Below are positions 28,649 through 37,865 of a stretch of DNA of 52,842 nucleotides, one piece after another. The DNA is from Methanobacteriota archaeon (GTDB lineage Archaea; Undinarchaeota; Undinarchaeia; Undinarchaeales; Undinarchaeaceae). Below the pieces are notes generated by a model, which saw only the letters and a program-made list of their open reading frames with translations, made no database searches and was not told the origin of the DNA. The translations under genes were made by a program, and so were the position numbers. The number at the start of each line of letters is the position of its first letter. The first letter of the stretch is position 1. Location of the stretch: NCBI GenBank assembly GCA_002687935.1, contig NZBN01000003.1, forward strand, positions 1 through 52,842. The letters are read 5' to 3'.

Positions 28649-28659
28649 ACGATTTCATA
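28642..28659 (-). promoter_or_regulatory. Second copy of the putative operator, overlapping the regulator start codon
   Basis: TTTCATACGATTTCATA (28643-28659) matches TTTCATACGTTTTCATA (27637-27653) at 16 of 17 positions. Confidence 0.5.
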
Positions 28660-28669
28660 GGTTAAAGGT

Positions 28670-29623
28670 CTATTTATGCCCTCTGCCCCCTATAGCCCTC
28701 TGCATTGCCGCAGCCATCTGTCCTGGAAGTTCGGATTCAACAATTATACAATTCCTCCCTTTTGCAAGTTCTGGAAGACCCCCTACATTTGTAGCTACTG
28801 CGGGCAGTCCACAGGTAAGAGCCTCATCAAGAGCTCTACCATATCCCTCAGATCTGGATGGCATCACAAAAAGAGCCGACTCATTAAGATATTTTGGAAG
28901 GTGGTCGTGTGGCATCTCTCCTACAAAATGAACTTTATCACTTATTCCAAGTTCTTCTGCAAGATTTTTCAGAAGTTTCAAATAAGAGGGGTCAATAATT
29001 CTTCCAACTATTTTCAAATTGTAGGTTTTATTCTTTTTAGAAAACTCTGCGAAGGCGGCAAGAAGTATATCAACACCCTTTATGTGATGAACAGAGCCAA
29101 CAAAAATTACTTGTTTCTTCTTTTTAATTTTCCTTCCTGAAAAAGCCTTCCCAACATCCCTTTGTTTGATTTCTATCACATCTTCCGGAATTCCTGCCGT
29201 CAAAACAGCGTCCTTTATACTTTCACTGACTGCATAAACTCTATCCGCTCCTTGCAATGCCTTCTTTGTAAAATAACTGTGCGGTTTTCTTTTCAGATTT
29301 ATCAGAGCATCAGTCCCGTGGCAGGTTACAGTATATGGTATCTCAAACCACTTTTTTGCCAGATGAGCAATATAACCAAAAGTAGTTGCAAAATGAGCTG
29401 ATATACTTGTAATATATTTTCTCCGTCTCATTATATGATAAATAAGAGAAGGCCCATTAATTGCAAATCTATTTCGTCGTATAAGTATCCGGTCATCTAG
29501 TTCAATAGGAATTACACTAGTTCCAATCAGAAAAGTATTTCCTCCTAATTCCTCGAATTCTTCTCTTACAACGAGTTCTGTCCCCGCATATGGCGGAGGA
29601 TAGGGTCCAAGCACCGTTTTCAT
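28670..29623 (-). CDS. GT4 family glycosyltransferase
   Basis: TCHGTD; AVSE; FVGSV-x-x-IKGVDILL; SEGYGRALDEALTCGLPAVATNVGGLPE (E-x7-E motif). Confidence 0.88.
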   Translation of the reverse strand: MKTVLGPYPPPYAGTELVVREEFEELGGNTFLIGTSVIPIELDDRILIRRNRFAINGPSLIYHIMRRRKYITSISAHFATTFGYIAHLAKKWFEIPYTVTCHGTDALINLKRKPHSYFTKKALQGADRVYAVSESIKDAVLTAGIPEDVIEIKQRDVGKAFSGRKIKKKKQVIFVGSVHHIKGVDILLAAFAEFSKKNKTYNLKIVGRIIDPSYLKLLKNLAEELGISDKVHFVGEMPHDHLPKYLNESALFVMPSRSEGYGRALDEALTCGLPAVATNVGGLPELAKGRNCIIVESELPGQMAAAMQRAIGGRGHK

Positions 29624-29686
29624 CTGGGATAAACCTTTAATATTAGCTCTTATATCTATTTCCTTACTGTTATTGAATATTCACCC

Positions 29687-30424
29687 ATGGAAATTTTAGA
29701 GAGAAGCGGAAATACAATAATTGCTCTGTTGAATATAGCGGACTTAAAGGACCATGAGCACATAAATGAGAATTATCTTGTTGAACTAACCCGGAAAATA
29801 AAGGAAGATAAAGAACTTAAAATCCCAGTGGTTGTTGATAAGCACTCAAATGTTGTTCTGGACGGTCACCATCGGTTCTACGCTCTTCAGCGCCTCGGCT
29901 GCAAGCGAATACCTGCATTCGTCGTTGATTACTACAATCCTGATATAAAACTGAACTGCTGGAATCATTATGTCAAGACAGAAGAGGAGCGGGAGGAAGT
30001 ATTCGATTGCCTAAAGACTCACGATTTCCTAACAAGCACAGTGGAAAATGAAAATGTAATGAAAACACTCCTTGAATCGGGACAGGCAATTCTCGGAATA
30101 GCTGTAAGGAATGGTGATAAGCACTTTTTTATTGTTCAGTCAGAAGACAAGGAAAAAACATTCGAGGACGCTCTTAATTGCATAAAAAAAGGACTTTCAA
30201 AGGAGCTCGACTACATTCCTGATACAGTATCTATTGAAGAGGCGATGAGTGAGCAGAAAGCATCCCTTGTAATGATAATTCCTAGTGTAGATAAAAGTGA
30301 TGTCGTAAAAAAGGCGGTTGAAGGACATCCATATCCCCCTAAAACAACACGACATAGTATGTCAAAGCAAGGTGAGTATCCTGTTCCTCTTAGAAATTTA
30401 ATGTCCGAAGAACAAAAAGATTAA
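29687..30424 (+). CDS. serK: ParB/Srx-fold L-serine kinase, SerK-like
   Basis: LKDHE; VLDGHHRFYALQRLG; VDY...W; C-terminal YPPKTTRH; length (245 aa) matches Thermococcales SerK. Confidence 0.7.
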   Translation: MEILERSGNTIIALLNIADLKDHEHINENYLVELTRKIKEDKELKIPVVVDKHSNVVLDGHHRFYALQRLGCKRIPAFVVDYYNPDIKLNCWNHYVKTEEEREEVFDCLKTHDFLTSTVENENVMKTLLESGQAILGIAVRNGDKHFFIVQSEDKEKTFEDALNCIKKGLSKELDYIPDTVSIEEAMSEQKASLVMIIPSVDKSDVVKKAVEGHPYPPKTTRHSMSKQGEYPVPLRNLMSEEQKD

Positions 30425-31947
30425 TGCCTTCCAAGGAAGGTCGGTGGTATATCTTCCAATAACATTCCCTCAACTAAAACAGGCTTAGTCTTAAGCGCCA
30501 GTTCTTCAGCGTCCTTCAATTTAAAATCTTCTTCGGCATAAATCGTGTAAAGTGCATCTCCTTTCTTCACACGTGTTCCTCCCTTTGCATGCAGGAGGAC
30601 TCCTGCTCCTTTGTCATGCGGAGCTCCTGCAGTTTTCGCCACATTTCCTATCGCCTTGTTATTTATTTTCGTAACATAACCTGCTCTTAAAGATTTTATG
30701 ATTTTCTTCTTCTTTCCAAGAAGTTTTTCTATATCTTCAACACATACATCAGAATTTCCTCCCTGCGCCTTAATAATTTCCCTAAATTTCTTCAGGGCTT
30801 TTCCACTTTCAAGAATTTCCAGAGCTTTTTCAGCCCCCTTACCTTTTCCGACAACTCCTCCGGCTTCCAAAATTATTCCTGCTATTGCTGTCGCCTTTTC
30901 GACAACTGAAGGAGTTCCATTTCCTTCAAGAGTGCTCAAAGCTTCCCGTGCCTCAAGTGCAGGTCCCATTGCATCACCTACTGGCTGGGCTCCGTAAGTA
31001 ACTGCACATTCAACTGTCATATCAAGACGTTTTCCAATCTCAATAAGGTCACGGGCAAGGTCCCTCGCCTGTTTTTTATCCTTTATTTTAGCGCCTTCTC
31101 CTGTCGGCATATCTATAACCACGAAATTGGAACCTACAGACTTCTTTTTGCTCATTATTGAAGCCAAAAGAAGGGGTCTCGGATCTAGAGAAAGCGGATG
31201 CTCAACTCTGATAAGTGCATCATCTGCAGGGCTCAGGTCAACTGCACCACCCCAAACCATACAGGCATTTGTTTTGTTCACTATTTTCTTTATTGAGTTT
31301 ATCCCGTGCTCAACTGGGGCAAAAACTTCCATCCTGTCAGCAGTACCTGCCGGTGAAGTTATTGAACGACTGCTCGTCTTCGGTATAAGAAGTCCAGCCG
31401 CAGCAACTATCGGAACTACAATAAGCGTCGTCTTATCGCCTGGAACTCCGCCCAGGCTGTGTTTGTCAAAAGTTTCCGCTTCGAAATTTATGGTCTTCCC
31501 TGACGCGACCATCTCCTTTGTCAGATACTCAGCCTCATCCAAATCCATCCCCACTGCCTGAAGTCCTGAAACAAAGGCACTCATCTCAACAAGCGTTATT
31601 CTCTTTGAAACAATATCTCTAACTATAGATGCAATCTCTTCTGGGCTGAGCTTTCCTCCATTAAGCTTTTTCTTTATAGCTCCCAGACTTTCTGGTTTTC
31701 CGACACGTTCATAATCAATTTTGTGTCCGTTGCGAACGCATATTTTCTTCGCTATCTCTGTAAAAACTCCTATTTCACCCTCTCCTACAAGCGATTCAGA
31801 TGTATTAACAATGGCAACGACACTTCCACACTTTCCCTTGACACGTATTCTATCGTGCGGATTTAGTCCGAACTCAAGAGCATCATTATGGTTGAGAACA
31901 ACCTCAACGGCTCCGAAGTCTATGTCTATTGTCTTTACTTTGAGCAT
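30421..31947 (-). CDS. deoA: AMP phosphorylase (archaeal DeoA-like, with N-terminal extra domain)
   Basis: PESLGAIKKKLNG; DKHSLGGVPGDKTT; IPKTSSRSITSPAGTAD; SIMSKK; KALKKFREIIKAQGG; AGAPHDKGAG. Confidence 0.92.
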   Translation of the reverse strand: MLKVKTIDIDFGAVEVVLNHNDALEFGLNPHDRIRVKGKCGSVVAIVNTSESLVGEGEIGVFTEIAKKICVRNGHKIDYERVGKPESLGAIKKKLNGGKLSPEEIASIVRDIVSKRITLVEMSAFVSGLQAVGMDLDEAEYLTKEMVASGKTINFEAETFDKHSLGGVPGDKTTLIVVPIVAAAGLLIPKTSSRSITSPAGTADRMEVFAPVEHGINSIKKIVNKTNACMVWGGAVDLSPADDALIRVEHPLSLDPRPLLLASIMSKKKSVGSNFVVIDMPTGEGAKIKDKKQARDLARDLIEIGKRLDMTVECAVTYGAQPVGDAMGPALEAREALSTLEGNGTPSVVEKATAIAGIILEAGGVVGKGKGAEKALEILESGKALKKFREIIKAQGGNSDVCVEDIEKLLGKKKKIIKSLRAGYVTKINNKAIGNVAKTAGAPHDKGAGVLLHAKGGTRVKKGDALYTIYAEEDFKLKDAEELALKTKPVLVEGMLLEDIPPTFLGRH

Positions 31948-32007
31948 AGTTACAAAATGTATTCTCTTATTATATATTTGACTTATCTTGTACCTAGTTA
32001 CTGTTCT

Positions 32008-34209
32008 TTAAGGGAAACCCCCGCCTCCAGGTAGAGTTATTGGACATCCATCTGTATCAACTACAGTTCCTGTCTGAGTATTTGGACAGTCATCGTTCAG
32101 GTCATTTACTCCATCTCCATCTGAGTCCGTCCAAAGATCACAGGCGTCACCAATTCCATCATCATCAGAATCATCCTGATTCGTATTTGATATTAGTACA
32201 CAATTATCTGTATCATCATTCACGTAATCTCCATCACTATCCCTTTCAGAAGCGCAGCATCCAAGGAAGCTTCCACTCTGCGCTGGATTACAATCTGGAG
32301 GAGAGTTCTGACACTGGTCAAGATCATCAAATATACTGTCTCCGTCACTATCTCTCTGGTATGCAGCACAGCCATTACTATCAACAGAGGAGCCTGCTAT
32401 TGTATTTGGACAGTCATCACCAACGTCGTCAACTCCGTCATTATCATCATCACTATCTTCTGTGGAATCCTTACATCCATCACCATCTCTGTCATACCAG
32501 CCACCAGACCAGCCGCTTTCTCCTGTTGGACAGTCGTCTATAGCATCCGGAATTCCGTCATTATCATCATCCAGATCTTCTGAGTCCTTACATCCATCAT
32601 TGTCGTGGTCTGAACCTGAAGAACTTCCATCAGGACACTGGTCAACATCATCATTCATTCCATCTCCATCAGTATCGCGCTGAGATGGGCTACATCCACA
32701 GGTGAGTGGGTTGCTTACACACCAAGTGAGTCCAGTTACACCATTTGTATTGGAGCAGTCATCTATAATATTCGGAACTCCGTCATTATCCTCATCTTCT
32801 AATTCAGCAAGAGCACATCCAAATATTTGGGAAAGAGCACTATTTTCTATAATATCATTAACATACTGCGCAGGTGTATTCGGACACATATCATCAACGT
32901 CGTCAACTCCGTCATTGTCATCGTCGGTGTCACAATCATCTCCTTGGCCGTCATTGTCGTGGTCCTCTTGGTTCGCGTTCGCAATATTCGGACAATTATC
33001 CACATCATTTGCTACTCCGTCTCCGTCATTGTCTATGAGTCCGTCACAGGCGTCACCAATATCATCGTTATCTGCATCAGCTTGATTACTATTCGCATTA
33101 TTTGGACAGTTATCCTGACCGTTATTCACGCCATCATCGTCAATATCTGGGTCACAGGCGTCTCCAAAACCATCTCCGTCCATATCTGCTTGATTTTCGT
33201 TATAATTATCTGGACAGTTGTCATTACTGTCAGATGTTCCATCATTATCACTATCTTCACATCCATCATCGGCGACATTAGTTCCTTCTACAGTTCCTGA
33301 GCAACTGTCAGTTGAATCCAAGACTCCGTCGCCATCATCATCATCGTCACAGGCGTCTCCAAGACCGTCACCGTCAGTGTCTGTCTGTGCGCTGTTTGAA
33401 ACTGCAGGACAGTTGTCATTACTGTCAGAAAGCCCATCTCCGTCACTATCCGTACAACCATCTTCCGAAACAGTTTTTCCTAATGTAGTATAGTCGCACT
33501 GGTCAGGCTCATTAAGAACTCCATCATTGTCAATATCTGGGTCGCAGGCGTCTCCTTTACCGTCTCCGTCATGATTTGTCTGATCTAGATTGTAATTAGA
33601 TGGACAATTATCATCTTGCCAATATATTCCGTCGTTATCTCCATCAGGGTCACAATAATTCATTGGATTTCTTACAACAATTGTCATTGATTCAGGAGTT
33701 TCCACTGTAACGCCGGTTCTCCGAATCTCCAATGCCGCAGGATCCTGCTCCTGATCGAATAATACAATTATTTCAACAGAATCTGTTAGTTCCCTAACAA
33801 AAATGTCCGAAGCCCACGGAACTCCATAAAGGACAGTAGCGAATTTGCTATTGTATTCTGTTATAAAGCCATTTACAGCCTCTTTCATAGCTGGCTTGTT
33901 GTAGTCCAGCCGCGTGAAAAGCTCACTTATCGTGTAAATATCCCTCGCTGGGTCGCAACTCTCTCCAAGTTCGTAGAGTGTGTAGCTTCTAATAGATTCT
34001 CTTACAAGATTATCATAAAATACACTCTTTCCCTCAAGCTCCTGCATTCCGCCGATTATAACTTCTTTAACGATGCCTTTTGCTTCTATTCCTGCCGCAT
34101 TCTTCTTTGCCATATATGTAACAGTCACTTCGGCGCTCAGAAGCAGAGCTATAAGGAAGAACTGGAGGAATATCAGCTGAGCTTTTCTGTTCTTCAGAAG
34201 ATTTATCAT
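32008..34209 (-). CDS. Pilin-like protein (class III signal) with a thrombospondin type-3-like Ca-binding repeat array
   Basis: MINLLKNRKA|QLIFLQFFLIALLL; about 23 D-x-D-x-D-G motifs with DNCP/DACD. Confidence 0.85.
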   Translation of the reverse strand: MINLLKNRKAQLIFLQFFLIALLLSAEVTVTYMAKKNAAGIEAKGIVKEVIIGGMQELEGKSVFYDNLVRESIRSYTLYELGESCDPARDIYTISELFTRLDYNKPAMKEAVNGFITEYNSKFATVLYGVPWASDIFVRELTDSVEIIVLFDQEQDPAALEIRRTGVTVETPESMTIVVRNPMNYCDPDGDNDGIYWQDDNCPSNYNLDQTNHDGDGKGDACDPDIDNDGVLNEPDQCDYTTLGKTVSEDGCTDSDGDGLSDSNDNCPAVSNSAQTDTDGDGLGDACDDDDDGDGVLDSTDSCSGTVEGTNVADDGCEDSDNDGTSDSNDNCPDNYNENQADMDGDGFGDACDPDIDDDGVNNGQDNCPNNANSNQADADNDDIGDACDGLIDNDGDGVANDVDNCPNIANANQEDHDNDGQGDDCDTDDDNDGVDDVDDMCPNTPAQYVNDIIENSALSQIFGCALAELEDEDNDGVPNIIDDCSNTNGVTGLTWCVSNPLTCGCSPSQRDTDGDGMNDDVDQCPDGSSSGSDHDNDGCKDSEDLDDDNDGIPDAIDDCPTGESGWSGGWYDRDGDGCKDSTEDSDDDNDGVDDVGDDCPNTIAGSSVDSNGCAAYQRDSDGDSIFDDLDQCQNSPPDCNPAQSGSFLGCCASERDSDGDYVNDDTDNCVLISNTNQDDSDDDGIGDACDLWTDSDGDGVNDLNDDCPNTQTGTVVDTDGCPITLPGGGGFP
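32040..33700 (-). repeat. TSP3-like protein repeat region (DxDxDG...DxCP / GDACD)
   Basis: Recurrent DSDGDG, DDDNDG, DNCP and GDACD units; degenerate at the DNA level (TCACAGGCGTC recurs). Confidence 0.85.
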
Positions 34210-34913
34210 ACTATAAGTTGCCCACCTCCATACCTCTGCGGAGTGAAGGGATCTTCGTATCCACTCGTTCCCGTTGTTCCACTCGTTCCTGATGTTCCTG
34301 TTTGAGCCTGTTGAGCCGCCGCCTGTTCTGCTACATTAACAAGGTTCCAAGTTTCGAGCTTCAGCCGGATTCTGTCTATGTTTGTAGAAACTACAGTTTC
34401 AAAATAAGGAACAGTAAATTCACCAACCCTCTTTGTTTTCATCTGCAGGGTTTCGGTTCTCCTCAAATTAGGCAAGTACTGGATAATTTCACCAATCTCT
34501 CCTTCTTTTGGTGCTGTACTCTGCAGTTCCCACATTACCGAATCACCGGTATCCATAAACCTTATCTCAAATTTGAAATTGGTCCACCGTCCGGAAAGTA
34601 TCGTCTCAAGTTTATCCAGCCCAACATCCTGCGCCCACTGCCTGTCAGCTCCCATTCTACTGATTATCTGAGCTCCGGTCATCTCTAGATCCTCATCATA
34701 AGAACTCAGTATTGCGCTCATCATCATCCTCGCGGCTGCTCCCCTCTCAGCTTCCTCAAGAACGACTTCCGTTGACTCTATACTTGAGGGAACATTTACT
34801 GAAAATACTACAACTATCGAAACTGCGATAACTATGGTACCGACGACTGCCATTATATCTGCTGTTGTTGGCTCTTCTACACCCTTTTTATTTCTGAAAA
34901 TTCCCCTTCTCAT
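34206..34913 (-). CDS. Pilin-like protein with class III signal
   Basis: MRRGIFRNKKG|VEEPTTADIMAVVGTIVIAVSIVVVF; C-terminal GTSGTSGTTGTSG linker. Confidence 0.75.
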   Translation of the reverse strand: MRRGIFRNKKGVEEPTTADIMAVVGTIVIAVSIVVVFSVNVPSSIESTEVVLEEAERGAAARMMMSAILSSYDEDLEMTGAQIISRMGADRQWAQDVGLDKLETILSGRWTNFKFEIRFMDTGDSVMWELQSTAPKEGEIGEIIQYLPNLRRTETLQMKTKRVGEFTVPYFETVVSTNIDRIRLKLETWNLVNVAEQAAAQQAQTGTSGTSGTTGTSGYEDPFTPQRYGGGQLIV

Positions 34914-35752
34914 CAGTCGAGCGACCTCTCTGTTGTGCTTGTGTAAATCGTTCTCTCATAAACTAATGCATACTCATTAGACGGAATTAATATTTCAACT
35001 TCATTACCGTTGTAGTATCCAAGAACTTCAACATCTATAGAGTATCTGTTATATTTGGAAAAGCTAGGGATGTCTCTTCCATGTTTATACACAGTAGGTG
35101 TAAAGTCTCGTGTTTTTTCTCCATACCAGGTTTCGTTCAGCTTGAAAGCACTTGGAAATGATGCACCTAGCTCATTATACTCATAAGTATAATCTGGTTC
35201 AGTACTCTCCTTCTCATACCAATTCTCTGTAACTCTGAGATTCATATCACAGTCCGCAAAACTGTCAAATGTCAAAAAGAGTTTACCACCCTGCACTCTT
35301 GGATTAGTTCTAAATGCGAGACTTCCAACTTCAACTTTCAGAATCCCTTTTTTATGTCCTGAACTCCCTTTGTCTATTGTCACCGGGATGCTCGCATAAG
35401 TTGGAAAATCACAATTAACTATCGACTGAATTCCCTGCGTAGCTGACGCAGAATTATCTAAATCCTTAATCTCTGCTTTCCAGATGTAGGGATATTTCTG
35501 AATACAGTTACCTTTATCAGAAGCTCCAGACCATTCAACCACTCCTTTAGCAATCGAGCCGGGTACCCTTAGACACTCATCTGAAGATATAAGAGTTTCA
35601 AGAATTTCAGTCGCAACGACACTTGATGACTCAACTTGAACTTGCTTGACAAGACCAACACTCGTTATTCCGACCATAACAAATAGACCAGAAAATATAA
35701 CCATCTCTGCCATCCAAAGCAGGGCATTACTCTGAGCCTTCCTGCTCATCAT
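34913..35752 (-). CDS. Pilin-like protein with class III signal
   Basis: MMSRKA|QSNALLWMAEMVIFSGLFVMVGI; ATGA overlap with the upstream gene places the start at 35752. Confidence 0.75.
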   Translation of the reverse strand: MMSRKAQSNALLWMAEMVIFSGLFVMVGITSVGLVKQVQVESSSVVATEILETLISSDECLRVPGSIAKGVVEWSGASDKGNCIQKYPYIWKAEIKDLDNSASATQGIQSIVNCDFPTYASIPVTIDKGSSGHKKGILKVEVGSLAFRTNPRVQGGKLFLTFDSFADCDMNLRVTENWYEKESTEPDYTYEYNELGASFPSAFKLNETWYGEKTRDFTPTVYKHGRDIPSFSKYNRYSIDVEVLGYYNGNEVEILIPSNEYALVYERTIYTSTTERSLD

Positions 35753-36906
35753 CTTCGCATTCCCTCCAGCCACAACTGTTCTTCGGCTTCCCAGAGTGCC
35801 TGAGATTCTGAAAGATACATATGGTTTGCAACATTGAAATTAGGATTCTTATCTTCACTTTCCCCGCTCAAGTCAGTTGAATAGTCCCCTGCTCCTTCTT
35901 CGAAAGTCCATAGTCCAACCAAAGAATCTTCTGCAAATTCCTCGTTTGCAGCTTCTTCTATTTCATTTACAGTAAGGGCTCTTTTCCATATTGCAAGGTC
36001 GTCAACTCTCCCTTTAAAGTAAGGTCCGTTGAGATCGTCAGCAATGTCAGCTGTTCCGAGTGCTATCCAACTTTCCATTCCTCGCATATCTCCAAGGTCA
36101 GCAGAACTGCTCCAGAATTTTTCACCGTCTCTGTATATTATAAAAACTCCATTTCCTGCATCATAAACAAAGGCCAGGTGAACCCACTCCCCCCCTTCAA
36201 TAGAAATACCATTTTCACTTTCTGCTGGGAAAATTTTCTCGTCCATACAAATGTCTCTGCCCGGTCTCACAACAAAACGACACTCCTCATCACTTTCGCA
36301 GTAGACTCTCCATCCATCACAATGTACCTCATATGTTTCACAATCTTCACTTGTGCAGCTATACCATTCTCCAAACCTCACAGGACCTGCATTCTCCTGA
36401 CCAAAATCATCAACCCTCATCCAAAAAGCAAGCGTTGTAGATGCCCCAAAATTATAATCAGGAGTTACTGTAACAACGTTCCAAGCATAAAGAGGCGTTC
36501 CGTCAAATCCAATACCCCTCTCCCGTTCCTTGTGAATCAGCATGATGTTGTTGTTCCTACAGTCAACAGAAGAACTTTCAACAGAAACATCACTTCTGTC
36601 TATATATTGGTATCTGGCTTTTTCACTTTCATCACCTGCTTCCACCATTAAATAAGTGTCATCCTCCGAAAGCGAGAAAACATAGTCCTTTATACAGTCA
36701 TTCGCCACGGATATATCTGAATCCGTCATTAACATGCTGTCGATTACGCCGCCATAGATTGTCGCCCAGCGTATAAGGTCTCCGCTGCTGGCTCCTGCAA
36801 TCTGATAAGCACCAAGACCGATTCCTGCTCCTAGAACCAAAATACCTACAAGCATAACTCCAAGTGGAACTCCTCCGCCTTGAGCCTTTCTGGACCTGAG
36901 CGTCAT
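35749..36906 (-). CDS. Pilin-like protein with a LamG/concanavalin-A-like domain
   Basis: MTLRSRKA|QGGGVPLGVMLVGILVLG; TLAFWMR...EWVHLAFVYD...IYRDG...FKGRVDDLAIWKRALTVNEI...LVGLWTFEEG. Confidence 0.85.
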   Translation of the reverse strand: MTLRSRKAQGGGVPLGVMLVGILVLGAGIGLGAYQIAGASSGDLIRWATIYGGVIDSMLMTDSDISVANDCIKDYVFSLSEDDTYLMVEAGDESEKARYQYIDRSDVSVESSSVDCRNNNIMLIHKERERGIGFDGTPLYAWNVVTVTPDYNFGASTTLAFWMRVDDFGQENAGPVRFGEWYSCTSEDCETYEVHCDGWRVYCESDEECRFVVRPGRDICMDEKIFPAESENGISIEGGEWVHLAFVYDAGNGVFIIYRDGEKFWSSSADLGDMRGMESWIALGTADIADDLNGPYFKGRVDDLAIWKRALTVNEIEEAANEEFAEDSLVGLWTFEEGAGDYSTDLSGESEDKNPNFNVANHMYLSESQALWEAEEQLWLEGMRR

Positions 36907-36957
36907 ATTTGCTAAAGGGTCTCAGAGCATTTAAACTTAATCAAGAAGGAAAATAGC

Positions 36958-37155
36958 TTAGAACAGGAGCTTCGTCAGATAGTCAGGAACTTGTTTTTGA
37001 AATTCTTCTGATGTTCCTGAAACAGTTTCTCCAATTGTTCCAAACATCACATCAGTGCTTCCCAGGAAAAAGGTAAGAATTATAGCAAGCGTTATTGCGA
37101 GTAATATTATGACTATGACCAGTTGAAGTGTCAGCTGTATTCCACGCTCATTCAT
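36958..37155 (-). CDS. Small pilin
   Basis: MNERG|IQLTLQLVIVIILLAITLAIILTFFLG; ATGA overlap places the start at 37155. Confidence 0.75.
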   Translation of the reverse strand: MNERGIQLTLQLVIVIILLAITLAIILTFFLGSTDVMFGTIGETVSGTSEEFQKQVPDYLTKLLF

Positions 37156-37475
37156 CGGATTTCCCATACGCACCTTTTATTTTCTCCATTTATAACATCT
37201 CCTTCTACAGACCTGCACTTCGCGTATGTCAGGTCACAGCACACTGAATCATCACAGTCTATATTTGGATCACCGGGGTAGCAGGAAGGAATTGCTGAGA
37301 GAACTCCGCCGATGTCTGTAGTGTCATTTGTTGCCAGCTTTCCAACTGTTCCTATACTACCTGCACTCTCCCTTGCTTCGTTAAAGAAGAAGTTAGATAC
37401 GAGAAAAACAACAAAGACAGCCAAGGCAAGTACTACAAGCATATTCATTCCAATAGAGACACCTTTTTTACTCAT
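37152..37475 (-). CDS. Small pilin with a Cys-rich tip
   Basis: MSKKG|VSIGMNMLVVLALAVFVVFLV; six Cys at the C-terminus. Confidence 0.8.
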   Translation of the reverse strand: MSKKGVSIGMNMLVVLALAVFVVFLVSNFFFNEARESAGSIGTVGKLATNDTTDIGGVLSAIPSCYPGDPNIDCDDSVCCDLTYAKCRSVEGDVINGENKRCVWEIR

Positions 37476-37852
37476 TCTACCCTCTGCCAGCTACATCCAC
37501 TTACTTTTATACAATTTGCTGAATCCAAATCCCCACAAGTCACAGTTCCGCCTGTGCATTTAAAGTTTGACCAAGTACATCCAAGATCTTCGCAAAGTGC
37601 TCTATTTCCTATGTTTGTGCAGGTTGGGTCTCCATTATCAGCAACACACTCAGTTTCAAAACTCCTTATTTTTTCACTTATTCCAATACTCTCAACAGCC
37701 CTCCCTGTCTGTCCGACAGTTTCTTCAATCTGACTCTGTGGCGCTTCCTTTCCTGTTATTAATATCTTCATAACTATTCCAAAGGCGACTACGAGCATTA
37801 CTATGGTTATTACAACTCCTATTGAAAGCGAAATTCCTTTTGTGTTTTTCAT
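37472..37852 (-). CDS. Small pilin with Cys-rich repeats
   Basis: MKNTKG|ISLSIGVVITIVMLVVAF; C-terminal CTNIGNRALCEDLGCTW...CGDLDSANCIKVSGCSW. Confidence 0.8.
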   Translation of the reverse strand: MKNTKGISLSIGVVITIVMLVVAFGIVMKILITGKEAPQSQIEETVGQTGRAVESIGISEKIRSFETECVADNGDPTCTNIGNRALCEDLGCTWSNFKCTGGTVTCGDLDSANCIKVSGCSWQRVE

Positions 37853-37865
37853 TTAATTATTGAAC

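Noticed and set aside
31127-31561. 144-aa plus-strand ORF
   Set aside because: Antisense to the conserved core of AMP phosphorylase.
32040-33493. Several plus-strand ORFs rich in Ser/Pro/His
   Set aside because: Antisense artefacts of the Asp/Gly-rich TSP3 repeats.
32040-33700. Possible CRISPR array or DNA tandem repeat
   Set aside because: Repeats are degenerate, in frame and explained by protein repeats; there is no constant repeat-spacer pattern and no cas genes.
34258-34302. GTSGTSGTTGTSG micro-repeat and Gly/Ser runs in the giant pilin
   Set aside because: Ordinary low-complexity linkers; no sign of a phase-variable tract.
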